From a virus (taxonomy: Duplodnaviria; Caudoviricetes): 48,688 bases of DNA. The first letter of the stretch is position 1. Each line of letters starts with the position of its first letter. A program made the translations under genes and the position numbers. The stretch is taken from the IMG/VR virus record IMGVR_UViG_3300044631_002939, positions 1-48,688 of that record, one strand, 5' to 3'. A model generated the notes under the pieces. It was not told where the DNA came from, did not search any database, and was given only the letters and a program-made list of their open reading frames with translations. Shown one piece after another: positions 7,939 to 17,897 of the stretch.

Positions 7939-8451
7939 ATGGCCTCTGCTACCTTGACCAGCCCAATCACTCCTGCCGCCGCCGTCAAAGCGGCGGCCCC
8001 GCCGGCCGACCAGTCGGCGGCTACCGGCACCCTGGCAATTGCCTACACCCCTGAGGTGATCGATGCCGTTACCGCCAGCGTGCCGCCCGGAGCGTTTGCG
8101 ATCAGCGTTATCAATTCGATCGGCGAATTTGAGCGGCTCAGCCTGGAGCCGGGCCTCAATTTTGGCATTGATGCCGATCTGTGGCAGCGCCTCCAGGAGC
8201 TGCCGGCCGTGCAACAGCTGAACACCCTGCGGGCACTGGAGGTGATCCCGCTGGAGGGCAACGGCGTGGGCGACACCGCCGCCGCTGGCGTGACCGCCCT
8301 GAAGGGGGTGGAGGAGAAACAGGCCCTGCGGCTGGTGCATGTCTGCCGCGATCTGAAACAGCTGCAGACCTGGCAGCCCATAGAAGAGCGCCATGCCGTG
8401 CGCCAGGCGATTCAGCGCAAAATCAACGCCATCAAGGCGGGCCAGGGCTGA
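7939..8451 (+). CDS. Hypothetical virion-associated protein
   Basis: 170-aa ORF after the capsid gene, TGATG-coupled to the next gene. Confidence 0.75.
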   Translation: MASATLTSPITPAAAVKAAAPPADQSAATGTLAIAYTPEVIDAVTASVPPGAFAISVINSIGEFERLSLEPGLNFGIDADLWQRLQELPAVQQLNTLRALEVIPLEGNGVGDTAAAGVTALKGVEEKQALRLVHVCRDLKQLQTWQPIEERHAVRQAIQRKINAIKAGQG

Positions 8452-8771
8452 TGGCCGCTCCCACCCTGACCGTTTTCCTGGAGCGCTTTCCGGAGCTGGG
8501 AATTCATCCGGTGCCGGTGCTGGAGCATGCCCTGGAGATGGGGGCAATCATCTGCCCCGATGCTGTGTGGGGCGACATTGCGGAAGCCGGGGCTGGCTAC
8601 TACGCCGCCCACCTGGTGGATCTGCGCCACCGGGAGATTGGAGCCATGGTGGGCCAGCCGGTGACTGGTATCAGCGGCGGCAACAACCAGGAGGGCAGCA
8701 GCGCCACCTTCTACGGCCAGCAGTACGAGGCGCTGCGCAAAACGCTACCCACCACTGGTTTTGTGTTCTGA
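8451..8771 (+). CDS. Head-tail adaptor (DUF4054-like)
   Basis: FLERFPEL, YYAAHL, TFYGQQY motifs. ATG overlaps the upstream TGA. Confidence 0.8.
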   Translation: MAAPTLTVFLERFPELGIHPVPVLEHALEMGAIICPDAVWGDIAEAGAGYYAAHLVDLRHREIGAMVGQPVTGISGGNNQEGSSATFYGQQYEALRKTLPTTGFVF

Positions 8772-9175
8772 TGAACAGCACCCTGGCCGCCACCACCAAC
8801 GGCAACCCATGGGGCGCCTGGGGCAATGCCACGCTCACCTTTTTGGTGAGTGGCCTCACCACCGTGGACGACCCGGAAACGGGTAACCCGGTGCCCCGCC
8901 AGGACCGCTTGATTTATCAGGCGGCCCTGCAGCTGCGCAGCCCCAACCACACCAGTCAACCCGGGGCGGACATGACCGCCTATTCAGTGACGGGCCAGCT
9001 GCTCAATCCAGCTCAGTTCGATTCGCGGATTGGCAATGGGGCGCAGGCAGAGGCCGTGATCAATGGTCATCAGGGCCGGCTGGAGCTGACGCTGGATCTA
9101 ACGGCACCGGCCGCGTTGCAGCAGCACCTGCGGCAGCGCGTGCAGGGCACATTCCGCCTGTTGGGGGGCAGCTGA
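8771..9175 (+). CDS. Putative head-closure protein
   Basis: MNSTLAA... TGATG-coupled at both ends; assigned from position. Confidence 0.65.
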   Translation: MNSTLAATTNGNPWGAWGNATLTFLVSGLTTVDDPETGNPVPRQDRLIYQAALQLRSPNHTSQPGADMTAYSVTGQLLNPAQFDSRIGNGAQAEAVINGHQGRLELTLDLTAPAALQQHLRQRVQGTFRLLGGS

Positions 9176-9585
9176 TGGCAATCCAACTGCAACAGCTGGA
9201 TGAGGCGCTGGAGGAAACCTTCAACGGTCTGGCTGCCTTCCTGGCCAAAAAATTCACCGATGAGATTCGCGCCGAGAAATGGGCCTGGCCCAACCAACCA
9301 TCCCCTCGGGACATCGTTGACACCGGCAACCTGGCCAAATCGCTGCGGGTGGAACCAGCCACCGTGGAAAGCGATGGCCGCATCCTGGTGGAATTCAAGT
9401 GGGCCACTGAATACGCCGCTGCGGTTCATGACGGGGCGGTGTTCAGGCGCCCGGATGCCCGGGGCAACCTGCGCACCATGCCGGCCCGCCCCTGGACCCG
9501 GCCGGTGCTCTATCAGCGTGAAAAAATCCAGGCCTATGTGCGCAAGCGCTATGCCCTTGCCATGCGCCGGAGGCCGGGCCCATGA
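9175..9585 (+). CDS. Tail-completion/neck protein (HK97 gp10-like)
   Basis: RDIVDTGNL.KS, YAAAVHDG, MPARPW motifs. Confidence 0.75.
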   Translation: MAIQLQQLDEALEETFNGLAAFLAKKFTDEIRAEKWAWPNQPSPRDIVDTGNLAKSLRVEPATVESDGRILVEFKWATEYAAAVHDGAVFRRPDARGNLRTMPARPWTRPVLYQREKIQAYVRKRYALAMRRRPGP

Positions 9586-10022
9586 GCAGTAACCAGCTGA
9601 TTGAACGGGGCCCCACCCTGTTGCAGTTGCGGGCTGAGCTGCTGGCGCTGTTTGGCGATCAGCTGGGTTTTTACCAGCTCCCGTCGGGCGACACCAAGCC
9701 GGCATTTTGGATCACCGGTGGGGGCAAAGGCCAAGACCGCACACCTCCTGATTGGCAGATCGAGGGGATTGAGTGCATCCTCAACCGCCGGCCAGTGCGC
9801 CAGTCGCTGGGGGGCGTGGGCACCATCCATGCCCTGCGCCGCTGGACGCTCACCCTCACCAGCTACGACACATCTCAAAGCCTGGACGCAATTGATCTGC
9901 TGCTGTTCCGGGCCTACCCGGATGCGCAGCGGCGGCCGCGGCCTTTGACCGACGACCTGTACGAGCAGCTCACCGTAGAGCTGCCCGATGCGGTGACCAT
10001 CCAACCACTCCCCCTCACCTAG
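9582..10022 (+). CDS. Putative tail terminator protein
   Basis: 146 aa, ATGA overlap, immediately before the major tail gene. Confidence 0.6.
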   Translation: MSSNQLIERGPTLLQLRAELLALFGDQLGFYQLPSGDTKPAFWITGGGKGQDRTPPDWQIEGIECILNRRPVRQSLGGVGTIHALRRWTLTLTSYDTSQSLDAIDLLLFRAYPDAQRRPRPLTDDLYEQLTVELPDAVTIQPLPLT

Positions 10023-10031
10023 GTATCCACC

Positions 10032-11051
10032 ATGGCTGATTTTGCAATTGGCGGCTCTTTTCACAAGGCCTCCCGCTCCCTGATCAGGGCCATCCCCTTG
10101 ACCCTGCCCAACCGCTACTACGCCGTGCGGGATGCCGCCGGCATGATTACGCTGCCCACCTTGGTGACAGGTGACAGCTACATCGAAATGCAGGGGATGA
10201 CTAAGTTCTCGTTTAAAGTTGACGCGAATGAAAACGAATTCCGCCTGTTCGGGGAAGATGGCTGGGCCGATTCGGTAACCACCGGCGGCAAAGTCTCCGC
10301 CAGCTACGAAAGCTACTTTATGCGCAATATCGAGCTACCAGGCGGCGCCGCCGCCCCAGAGTTTCGGGGCAATTATTCGGAAGATTTTGCGATCATTGAA
10401 CGATCTCGCTCTGATCTGGATTTTGAGGTTTATATCGAGCTGCTTAAGGAAATGGGCCGCGCCAATGGCGCCACCGGGAATTTTATTTATGACTATGCTG
10501 GCTTCAATGGCGTATTCCGTGGCTATAGCGATGGCGGCGACAGCCAAGGCCTGTCCACGATCAGCGGCGAATTCATGTCGCGGGGGCGCCCGGTGTTTGG
10601 CCGCTACGACTCCGGCAGCACGCCACTGAGCATCGGTGCGCTGCAGAGCAGCCAGCTGAGCACCGATCGCGTCAGCGGCACCCGCCGTTGGGCTGTGGTG
10701 CCGCTGGATAACGCCTCGGCCGTGGTGGTGTCCAGCGCAATCACGATCACCTACACCACCGATGGCACCACTGCCCTCACCCAGCTATCGCTGCCCCCCG
10801 CAGGTGGCGGCGGTTTCCGATTGGAAAATGCCAGCTCTGGCGTGCAAATCTCCGCCGGTGTGGCCCTGGGCGGCGGCAGCAACAACGTGATCACCATCAC
10901 CCCCACAGCGTCCCTGCCGGCCGCCACGATCCTGCGGTTGCGGGTGGCCGATGGCGCCATCAACCAAAGCCTTGATGCCAGCGGCAACCCCTCGGCCAGC
11001 GGCATCCGCCGGCCGCTGCAGGGCTTCTCCACCACCTTCCGCACCGCCTGA
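10032..11051 (+). CDS. Major tail tube protein with C-terminal Ig-like (Big_5-like) domain
   Basis: Tail-tube-like N-terminal ~200 aa. C-terminal VVPLDNASAV...ITITPTASL...FSTTFRTA is an Ig-like pattern. Confidence 0.75.
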   Translation: MADFAIGGSFHKASRSLIRAIPLTLPNRYYAVRDAAGMITLPTLVTGDSYIEMQGMTKFSFKVDANENEFRLFGEDGWADSVTTGGKVSASYESYFMRNIELPGGAAAPEFRGNYSEDFAIIERSRSDLDFEVYIELLKEMGRANGATGNFIYDYAGFNGVFRGYSDGGDSQGLSTISGEFMSRGRPVFGRYDSGSTPLSIGALQSSQLSTDRVSGTRRWAVVPLDNASAVVVSSAITITYTTDGTTALTQLSLPPAGGGGFRLENASSGVQISAGVALGGGSNNVITITPTASLPAATILRLRVADGAINQSLDASGNPSASGIRRPLQGFSTTFRTA

Positions 11052-11057
11052 TCCTGA

Positions 11058-11318
11058 GTGCAGGACCCAGGCTTCTACCCCCTCCTGGCCCATGGCGAGG
11101 GGGGGGTGTTTTTAATCCACTGCACCGTGGCCAACGGCCGCATTCAAGCCGCGCTGATGGTTGTGCTGCCAGGGTTCCCCGAGGCCTGGGCACAGCTCAC
11201 CAGCGAAGCCGACTACCAGGGCGACCGCTGCGCCGTGATGTTGCCATCACGCTGTGTGAATGGCAGCAACCCGGCTAAAGTGTATGCAGTGGATTTGCCC
11301 TACCGTCCACTTTCCTGA
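11058..11318 (+). CDS. Hypothetical protein
   Basis: GTG-start 86-aa ORF filling the gap between tube and chaperone genes. Confidence 0.55.
   Translation: MQDPGFYPLLAHGEGGVFLIHCTVANGRIQAALMVVLPGFPEAWAQLTSEADYQGDRCAVMLPSRCVNGSNPAKVYAVDLPYRPLS
11077..11113 (+). terminator. Possible terminator/attenuator after major tail gene
   Basis: CCCCCTC...GAGGGGG stem followed by TGTTTTT. Lies inside the 11058 ORF. Confidence 0.4.
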
Positions 11319-11326
11319 ATGCCTCT

Positions 11327-11893
11327 ATGACATCGGCCAGCGCCCTGGTTTTCGAGAGCTTCGCCCAGCACTTTGAGCAGTTCGGGGCAATCCGTTTGAG
11401 GCGCTATGACGACCTGCTCGGAGGCGAAATCGAGGAGTACGAGCGCCAGAACCGCGAAAGCGCCAATGCGCTGCTGGAGATGAACGAGATGGCCCGGGCC
11501 ATCGGCGAGCATCCAGATAGCGGCCATACGGCCGATGAGGCGATGGAGTTGTTGACCAACCCCGCATTGGCTACACCACCCAAGGTCGCCCTGCTGATGA
11601 AGTACGGCGGTCCGGGTGGGCTCGCGGCGGTGGCGGCCGTGATGCCAGCCCAGGCCGAACAGCAAACCCGCATGCTCACGGTGGTGCTCCGGGCCAGGGG
11701 CTCCGTGCAGAACCCAGACGGCGACTGGCTGCCCCTGGGCCGCTGGGAGGACAGCGATAGCCGTCAACTGCCCGGCAGAATTAGAGAGGGCATCCTGGCC
11801 TTCCTTGGCCGGGAGGCCAGCGGCGGCAAACCGGGAAACGCACCGGCGGCCAAGGACAAAGAAGCCAGCCCGCCAGCATCAACGAACGCATAG
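11327..11893 (+). CDS. Tail assembly chaperone (lambda gpG analog)
   Basis: Upstream of tape measure; slippery heptamer near the 3' end. Confidence 0.8.
   Translation: MTSASALVFESFAQHFEQFGAIRLRRYDDLLGGEIEEYERQNRESANALLEMNEMARAIGEHPDSGHTADEAMELLTNPALATPPKVALLMKYGGPGGLAAVAAVMPAQAEQQTRMLTVVLRARGSVQNPDGDWLPLGRWEDSDSRQLPGRIREGILAFLGREASGGKPGNAPAAKDKEASPPASTNA
11833..11839 (+). other. Programmed -1 frameshift site G GGA AAC
   Basis: XXXYYYZ heptamer in the correct phase. The -1 frame is open from here to 12315. Confidence 0.85.
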
Positions 11894-12315
11894 CTGAACT
11901 GCGGCGCTACCTGGAGCAGCCGCCAGTGGATTGGAACCGCTACTACTGGCGGCTGGTGAGTTCAGATTTGCATGATCCGCGCTTCCATGCCGATCAATTC
12001 GGCCGTCAACCGGTGCGCCACATCCTGGCGGCCATTGAATGGCTCGATGAACAGGATCGGCGCCGCGCCAACCTGGCGAGCCACACCACCGCCCAGCTGG
12101 CCTCTTTGGTGCTGGCAATTGGCAGCGGCGGCAAAGGCCAGGGCGATTACACCCAGTTTCTGCCGTTCCTGGTAGAAAACATTGATGGCCGGCCGCGGCT
12201 GCCATCAGAGGCATTGGCCACGCTGCATCAGTTAATTCGTCAGCGCCGCCTGCCGATGCCGGTGATCGCCCTGCTGGCTGACGATTTGGCAGGGACGCTG
12301 AAACCAGCAGACTGA
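11833..12315 (+). CDS. Tail assembly chaperone extension (gpT analog, made by -1 frameshift)
   Basis: -1 frame reads GKRTGGQ...INERIAELRRYLEQPPVDWNRYY... and joins ORF 11926..12315. Confidence 0.8.
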   Translation, partial: GKRTGGQGQRSQPASINERIAELRRYLEQPPVDWNRYYWRLVSSDLHDPRFHADQFGRQPVRHILAAIEWLDEQDRRRANLASHTTAQLASLVLAIGSGGKGQGDYTQFLPFLVENIDGRPRLPSEALATLHQLIRQRRLPMPVIALLADDLAGTLKPAD

Positions 12316-12330
12316 GCCATAGGGCTTGCG

Positions 12331-15300
12331 GTGATGGCAGAAGGGGGTGAGATCAGCCTGGGCTCAGCCGTATTGCGGCTCTACGGCGATCGATCGGCGC
12401 TGGATAAAGAGATTGCTTCCGCAATGCGCGATGCCAAGCGTTTTGCCCAGGAGACGGTCGCCGTAAAGCTTGGCGCAGATACCAGCCAGGCCAGTAACCA
12501 AATTGATGGCCTCAGGCGCCAGGTGGGCAGCCTGCGGGTAGATGTGGACCGGCTGAATGCAGCCATGGGCTCCATGCCCCGGGGCCCGGCGGGCGGTGGC
12601 GCGGGCTGGCAGCAATTTGGCAACACCATGGCGATCGTGGCCGCCAATGCCAGCACCGCCGCCACCGCTGTAATGGCCCTGGCGGCGGCAAACAGATCGC
12701 TGCTGGCAACGCCTGTGGCAGTGCGCGACCTGGGCGCTGGCGGCGGCAGCGGTGGCGGCGGCAGACAGCCTCCTTTGCCGCTGCCGGCGGCTGGAGGAAG
12801 CGGCGGCGGATCTGGCGGCCGCAGCGGCGGGCCGCCTCTGTTGCCGCCGGCTGCCAGCCAAGGCGGCGATGGTGGCGGCGGCCAATGGTTCGCAAGTCTG
12901 CGCCAAGGCGTCGAGCGCTTCATGCCCGCTGCCAGCCAGGCCCTGGGGGTCCTGCAACAGATAGGCGTGGCGGCACTGGGGGCCCAGACCATTTTTTACG
13001 GGCTAGGAATGGCCATCAATGCCGTAATTGGCCCCATGGAGGCCCTGGCCGGCGCTGCCGGCAAATTCAACGAACAGGTAGCAGAGGCCAGTATTTTCAC
13101 CGCGCAATCGTTTGCAGTGATTGGCCCCGATGGGCAGGTAATAGAAGGCACCGCCAATCAAATGCGAGCTCTGCGGGGTCGGGTGGTCAAAGAATTCAAG
13201 GCGATCCAAAAGGAAGTTGCTGTAATCAGCGGCGCCACATCATCGCAAATCTACGAAGCATTTAACATTATCCTGCAAAACAACTCAGGATTGGGCGCTG
13301 CTGGCGAAAATATTTCTAATATCACGAAACTGAGTACACGCATTGCTGCGGCAATGAATACGCTAAACCTCCCCGGCCAGCAACTGCGAACGGAGGTGGG
13401 GAGTTTGCTGTCTGGTGACATCCAGATGTATGACCAGCTAGCACAAAAGCTCTACGGCAAAGGCGCTGGCGAACAGGTGCGGCGGCTGCAGGCAGAAGGT
13501 AAATACTACGATGACTTGATGCAAAAGCTAGAGAAACTATACGACGGCCAAAAGGTATTGGCCCTGTCGATGACCAATGTTAAAAGCAATTTTGCGGATG
13601 TATTTGAATCAATCAGCACCGGCGGCGGCCAGGCCCTGGAGCGAGGCCTGGCTCGCATGCTGCAAACCATCCTGACGCCGCTCAATGCTCTGAAAGGCAC
13701 CTTCATGGGCATGCTGCGGGGCTTGGGGGAGTTACTGGAGCCGATATTTGGCCACCTGGGGCAGGTGGGATCGGCAGCTATTTCCGTACTGTCAATTTTC
13801 TCGTCTTTGCTGCAGATAATTTTTGACTTTGGGGCGTTGTTTAACAATGCCTTTGGGTCGGCAGTCATGCCCGCCATGCAACATCTTGCGTCAGTGCTTA
13901 CCTTCGTGGCCAAGAGTTTACAGCTGATAGCCAGCCTGGTTTCGGCAGTGCTGCGGCCCATCAGCACATTCTACCGAATTATAAGTTTGCAGGGCCAATC
14001 CCAAGCCGGCTCAAGCTTTGACAATATAAACAAAACACTAGACTCTTTGATCGCCAACTGCGAAAAGCTGTCGATCACCATCGCAAAGCCTTTCGTTGAA
14101 GCGGCCAAGGCCGCCGCCTGGCTGGATGGCAAGGCCAGGGGCCTCACCGACACGGAGATACTCAACAAGCAAAAAGATGTTCAGGCAGAATTTGATAAAT
14201 CGATTGGCGATCAGAGTGATGTCACACTGCGCAGCATTGCTCCGAGCCCATTGGCGCGTCAGATGGATCAGGAGCTGGCCAAGCGCTATGAAGGCCTAAT
14301 TCCAGAAGAAAAGCGATTCAAAATATCTAAAGAAATTGCAGAGCTGAAGGAAAAGCAGTACAAAAATGAGATCACGGCATTGGAGCAGGGGCTCAAGCTG
14401 CTCAATGCTCAAAAATCTGTGCAGCAGGCCCTGAATGAACTGGCCGAAGGACGCCGGGGGCTGGAGCGCAAGCGGGCCGATTTCAACGTTTCACTGGCTT
14501 CTTCTCCTGAGGCCAAGCAGCTGGCGGACGATAGGCGAAATGAGCTCGCTGGCCGCCAAGAACAGCAGCGCATCAACGAACGGCGAGAAGCATTGCAAAG
14601 CGAGCGCAGCATTCAGCAGCAGCAGCTACAGATCAGCATCCGCCAGGCAGCCATCCAGCAGGAGCAGCTTAAAATTCAAGTCGCCCAATTGTTGGTAGAA
14701 AAACAGAAAAATGATTTGGTATATACACAATATTATCTTAAAGCTCGCAATTTTGCGGCAGGTAGTGTGGAGCGGCAGGCGGCGGACAAGGTTGTTAAGC
14801 AGTATCAGGATGTTGGCCAAATCATTGGCCGGCAGGTGGCCGCGGCACAAAGAGCGGTGGGCCTGGCCTTTGAAAATGAAGGCCAACTACGCCAAATCAA
14901 CGGCCTGGAGCAGCAGCGGCTCAATATTCAGCAGCAGGGCCTGGACATCCAAAGCCAGTCGGCCCAGCTGACGCTGGAGCAACAGCGCCAGCTCAGCGTG
15001 CTCAACCAGAAGGAGCAGGCGATCAAAAATGAGCAGGAGGCTCAGGCCCAGCAGCAGAAAGCGATAGCGGACAACCAAACCCGAACGGTGGAACAGCAGC
15101 AGCTGGCGCTCGAGAACATGAGCAAATTGGCCGAGGTGGAAAACCGCCGGGCTCAATTGAGCAAGGCGGTTGCCGATGCCAACGTGAAAGCCGCCGAGCG
15201 GCTGGTGGGATTGGCGGAGGCCCAAGCCAATGCTCAGCGCAATCCCCGCAGCGTGGAGGCGGTGATCGGTGCCCAGATAGAAGCCCTGGCACTGGGGCGC

Positions 15301-17424
15301 ACCGGCTTTGTCAATGCCGCAGAAGCCACCAAGGCCCTGTGGGATGCAAAGGAAAGACAGCTCAAGGCGGAACAGGCCGCAGCCAACCGCCAACTGCAAA
15401 TCCAGCAGTGGCGCGAGGAATCAGAGGAGCGGATCGCCATGCTGCAACTTGAAATTCAACGAGGCGGCATGGCCGCGCAGCTGTTGCAGCTAAAGGCCAC
15501 CAAGGAACTTCTGGGGCTCAGTCGCACCAGGGATGGCCTCAGCGGTGCGCAGGTGGGGACGGCCGGCGGCAGGGCGGGGATGGTGCAGCCGGCGGCGGGC
15601 AGCATGTTTGGCATCAGCCCAGAACGGCGGGCCCTGCTAAACACCATTCGCTATGCGGAGGGCACCTGGGCCAATGGCAGCGACAGGGGCTACCGCACCA
15701 TGCTCGGCGGCGGCCTGATGAACAACCTGGATCGCCATCCAGACAAGGTGAACAGTGCCGGCGGCTTCTCCAGCACTGCCGCCGGTGCCTACCAGTTTCT
15801 GACCACCACCTGGCGCTCCGTAGCCCAGGCCATGGGCCTGAAGCAATTTGGCCCGCAGGTTCAAGATCAGGGCGCCATGCAGTTGATCAAGGGGCGTGGC
15901 GCCCTGGCCCTGGCCGATCAGGGCCGCTTCACACCGGAGCTGGCCAACAAATTGGCGCCTGAATGGGCGAGTTTCCCCACCATGGCTGGCAAAAGCTTCT
16001 ACGGCCAGCCGGTGAAGAAATTTGGTGATCTCAAGCGCTTCTATGACAACCAACTGGCGCAGTTACGGGGGGCCACGCCCCAGGCCGCGGCTGGCATGCC
16101 CACCGCTCCAATCCTGCCCGCGCCCGCCGGCCAGGGGGGCACAAGCCTGGACAACAGCATCAACGAAAACATTTACGCAATGGAGCGGCTTGAGCAGAGC
16201 TTTGCGGACATAACCAGCCGAATCAATACATTGCGCGACACCCTGATGCCAGAGACGCGGCAGGGGCGGCAGGCGCAACGCGATGCCATGGCGGTGGGCG
16301 ATGCGGAGGCTCAAGCCCGGTTCGATTTTGAGCGCCGCAAAGCCGCGGCCAAAGACCGGGTGCTGCAAAGCCCCCGGGGTCAACTGGCCGCCGGCACCAC
16401 CGACAGCCTGGTGGGTGGGTTGAGCGGGGCCATTCGCGGCAGTTTCACGGCGGCAATGAAGGGCGGCGATGTGCGGGGCGCCGTGGCAGAAGCCCTCACC
16501 AGTGCATTTGATCGAGCCACAGCCACCGCCCTGGATGCCCTGCTGCGGCCTCTGGAAACCATGCTCACCAAAAGCTTGTTTGAGCTGCTCTCTGGCATGA
16601 ACAGCAAGCTGATCGCTGAACAGTTGGTGGCCGCCACCCAGAACACAGGTGCCGCCAGTGTGCAAATCACGGCGGCCAACATGAATTTGCAGGCCGCCAC
16701 CATGGCCGCAGCTGGGGCTGGCGGTGGCGGTGGTGGCGGTATCTGGGCCAGCCTGATCAAGGGTGTGGCGGGCGCGGCACTGGGATCTATTGGCGGTGGC
16801 GTTGACAGCCTGTTTCCATCTATGGAAGACAGCTTCCTGGGCAAATTTGACCTGCCGGGCCTCACCGGCGGTGACGCCATGAGCGGATTTGTGCCATCAA
16901 TCAAGGGCTTTGCCCGCAACGGCGGCATCCTCACCCCCTCCGGGATGGAGGCCCTGCGCAGCTACCGGGTGGGCGGCATCTCCAACGGCCCCAACAGCGG
17001 CTATCTGGCGGAGCTGCATGGCAGGGAAGCGGTGATTCCGCTGCCCAATGGCAAGGCGATTGATGTAGCCCTTAAGGCCCCCCTGGGTCTGGATAGCTGG
17101 GAAGCGGCCGGCCGGAGCAGCAATAAATCAGACACATCTCAGGTATTGGCAACATCACTTAATGCAATGGAGAGAAACCAGGCACTATCAACATCGCTCA
17201 ATGCGATGGAGGAGAATTACCAGGCGGCGACCAGCAAGGCCAACCCAGTTGCAGTGACATATGAGCGCATCGGCAGCGGTGATTTGCCATTTGTAACAGA
17301 GGAGCAGTTCCGGCAGGGTGTTGCGCAATCAGCAGAGGAAGTGCGGCGGCAGGCAAGGCGAGAAGCCGATCAGCAGTGGCGTAAAGCTATACGCAATGAA
17401 ACCAGGATTCCGGGGATACGTTAA
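12331..17424 (+). CDS. Tape measure protein with internal lambda-lysozyme-like (GH104-type) muramidase domain
   Basis: 1697 aa, Ala/Gln-rich helical protein. ~15616..16056 encodes RRALLNTIRYAEGT...HP...STAAGAYQFL..TW...F.P..QD..A...EWAS. C-terminal AELHGREAVIPL. Confidence 0.9.
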   Translation: MMAEGGEISLGSAVLRLYGDRSALDKEIASAMRDAKRFAQETVAVKLGADTSQASNQIDGLRRQVGSLRVDVDRLNAAMGSMPRGPAGGGAGWQQFGNTMAIVAANASTAATAVMALAAANRSLLATPVAVRDLGAGGGSGGGGRQPPLPLPAAGGSGGGSGGRSGGPPLLPPAASQGGDGGGGQWFASLRQGVERFMPAASQALGVLQQIGVAALGAQTIFYGLGMAINAVIGPMEALAGAAGKFNEQVAEASIFTAQSFAVIGPDGQVIEGTANQMRALRGRVVKEFKAIQKEVAVISGATSSQIYEAFNIILQNNSGLGAAGENISNITKLSTRIAAAMNTLNLPGQQLRTEVGSLLSGDIQMYDQLAQKLYGKGAGEQVRRLQAEGKYYDDLMQKLEKLYDGQKVLALSMTNVKSNFADVFESISTGGGQALERGLARMLQTILTPLNALKGTFMGMLRGLGELLEPIFGHLGQVGSAAISVLSIFSSLLQIIFDFGALFNNAFGSAVMPAMQHLASVLTFVAKSLQLIASLVSAVLRPISTFYRIISLQGQSQAGSSFDNINKTLDSLIANCEKLSITIAKPFVEAAKAAAWLDGKARGLTDTEILNKQKDVQAEFDKSIGDQSDVTLRSIAPSPLARQMDQELAKRYEGLIPEEKRFKISKEIAELKEKQYKNEITALEQGLKLLNAQKSVQQALNELAEGRRGLERKRADFNVSLASSPEAKQLADDRRNELAGRQEQQRINERREALQSERSIQQQQLQISIRQAAIQQEQLKIQVAQLLVEKQKNDLVYTQYYLKARNFAAGSVERQAADKVVKQYQDVGQIIGRQVAAAQRAVGLAFENEGQLRQINGLEQQRLNIQQQGLDIQSQSAQLTLEQQRQLSVLNQKEQAIKNEQEAQAQQQKAIADNQTRTVEQQQLALENMSKLAEVENRRAQLSKAVADANVKAAERLVGLAEAQANAQRNPRSVEAVIGAQIEALALGRTGFVNAAEATKALWDAKERQLKAEQAAANRQLQIQQWREESEERIAMLQLEIQRGGMAAQLLQLKATKELLGLSRTRDGLSGAQVGTAGGRAGMVQPAAGSMFGISPERRALLNTIRYAEGTWANGSDRGYRTMLGGGLMNNLDRHPDKVNSAGGFSSTAAGAYQFLTTTWRSVAQAMGLKQFGPQVQDQGAMQLIKGRGALALADQGRFTPELANKLAPEWASFPTMAGKSFYGQPVKKFGDLKRFYDNQLAQLRGATPQAAAGMPTAPILPAPAGQGGTSLDNSINENIYAMERLEQSFADITSRINTLRDTLMPETRQGRQAQRDAMAVGDAEAQARFDFERRKAAAKDRVLQSPRGQLAAGTTDSLVGGLSGAIRGSFTAAMKGGDVRGAVAEALTSAFDRATATALDALLRPLETMLTKSLFELLSGMNSKLIAEQLVAATQNTGAASVQITAANMNLQAATMAAAGAGGGGGGGIWASLIKGVAGAALGSIGGGVDSLFPSMEDSFLGKFDLPGLTGGDAMSGFVPSIKGFARNGGILTPSGMEALRSYRVGGISNGPNSGYLAELHGREAVIPLPNGKAIDVALKAPLGLDSWEAAGRSSNKSDTSQVLATSLNAMERNQALSTSLNAMEENYQAATSKANPVAVTYERIGSGDLPFVTEEQFRQGVAQSAEEVRRQARREADQQWRKAIRNETRIPGIR

Positions 17425-17897
17425 TGAGTGCTCCCGCTATTGGCTCGTTCCTGAAGTTATTGTTTCCAAGTGGCTCTCCCACCGGCTACAGGTTTCAGAA
17501 TTTTGCGGCAGGTCGCACCCTAATTTGGAGCGGTGAAAATTATGTTTACGCGGGATTTGGCTACTCAGGCGGCAGCACTGACGCATCTGCATCGGCGGTG
17601 AGTGGCTCTTTGCTGATGGCGCTGAATGAGTTGAGCCTTACGGTTTTTGGCACCGCCGCCAATGATCGGTGGCTGGCGGAAATCAGCACCGTTTGGCTCG
17701 ATGGCGAGCCCCTGGAACCTGTAAGCCTTTGGATGAAGGATACATTTGAAATATTGGCAGTTGGCCACAATGGCGTAGAAAAAGTTAGCATTAGCCTCGG
17801 AAGCCCCTTGGCGGCCGTGGGCTACGAAATCCCCCGCCTGCGCCTTACCCAGGCCATGGTGGGCAACCTGCCCCCAACCGGAAACGTGCCCCTGTGA
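17424..17897 (+). CDS. Minor tail protein
   Basis: TAATG-coupled to tape measure; FQNF..G...Y...FGYSG pattern. Confidence 0.65.
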   Translation: MSAPAIGSFLKLLFPSGSPTGYRFQNFAAGRTLIWSGENYVYAGFGYSGGSTDASASAVSGSLLMALNELSLTVFGTAANDRWLAEISTVWLDGEPLEPVSLWMKDTFEILAVGHNGVEKVSISLGSPLAAVGYEIPRLRLTQAMVGNLPPTGNVPL

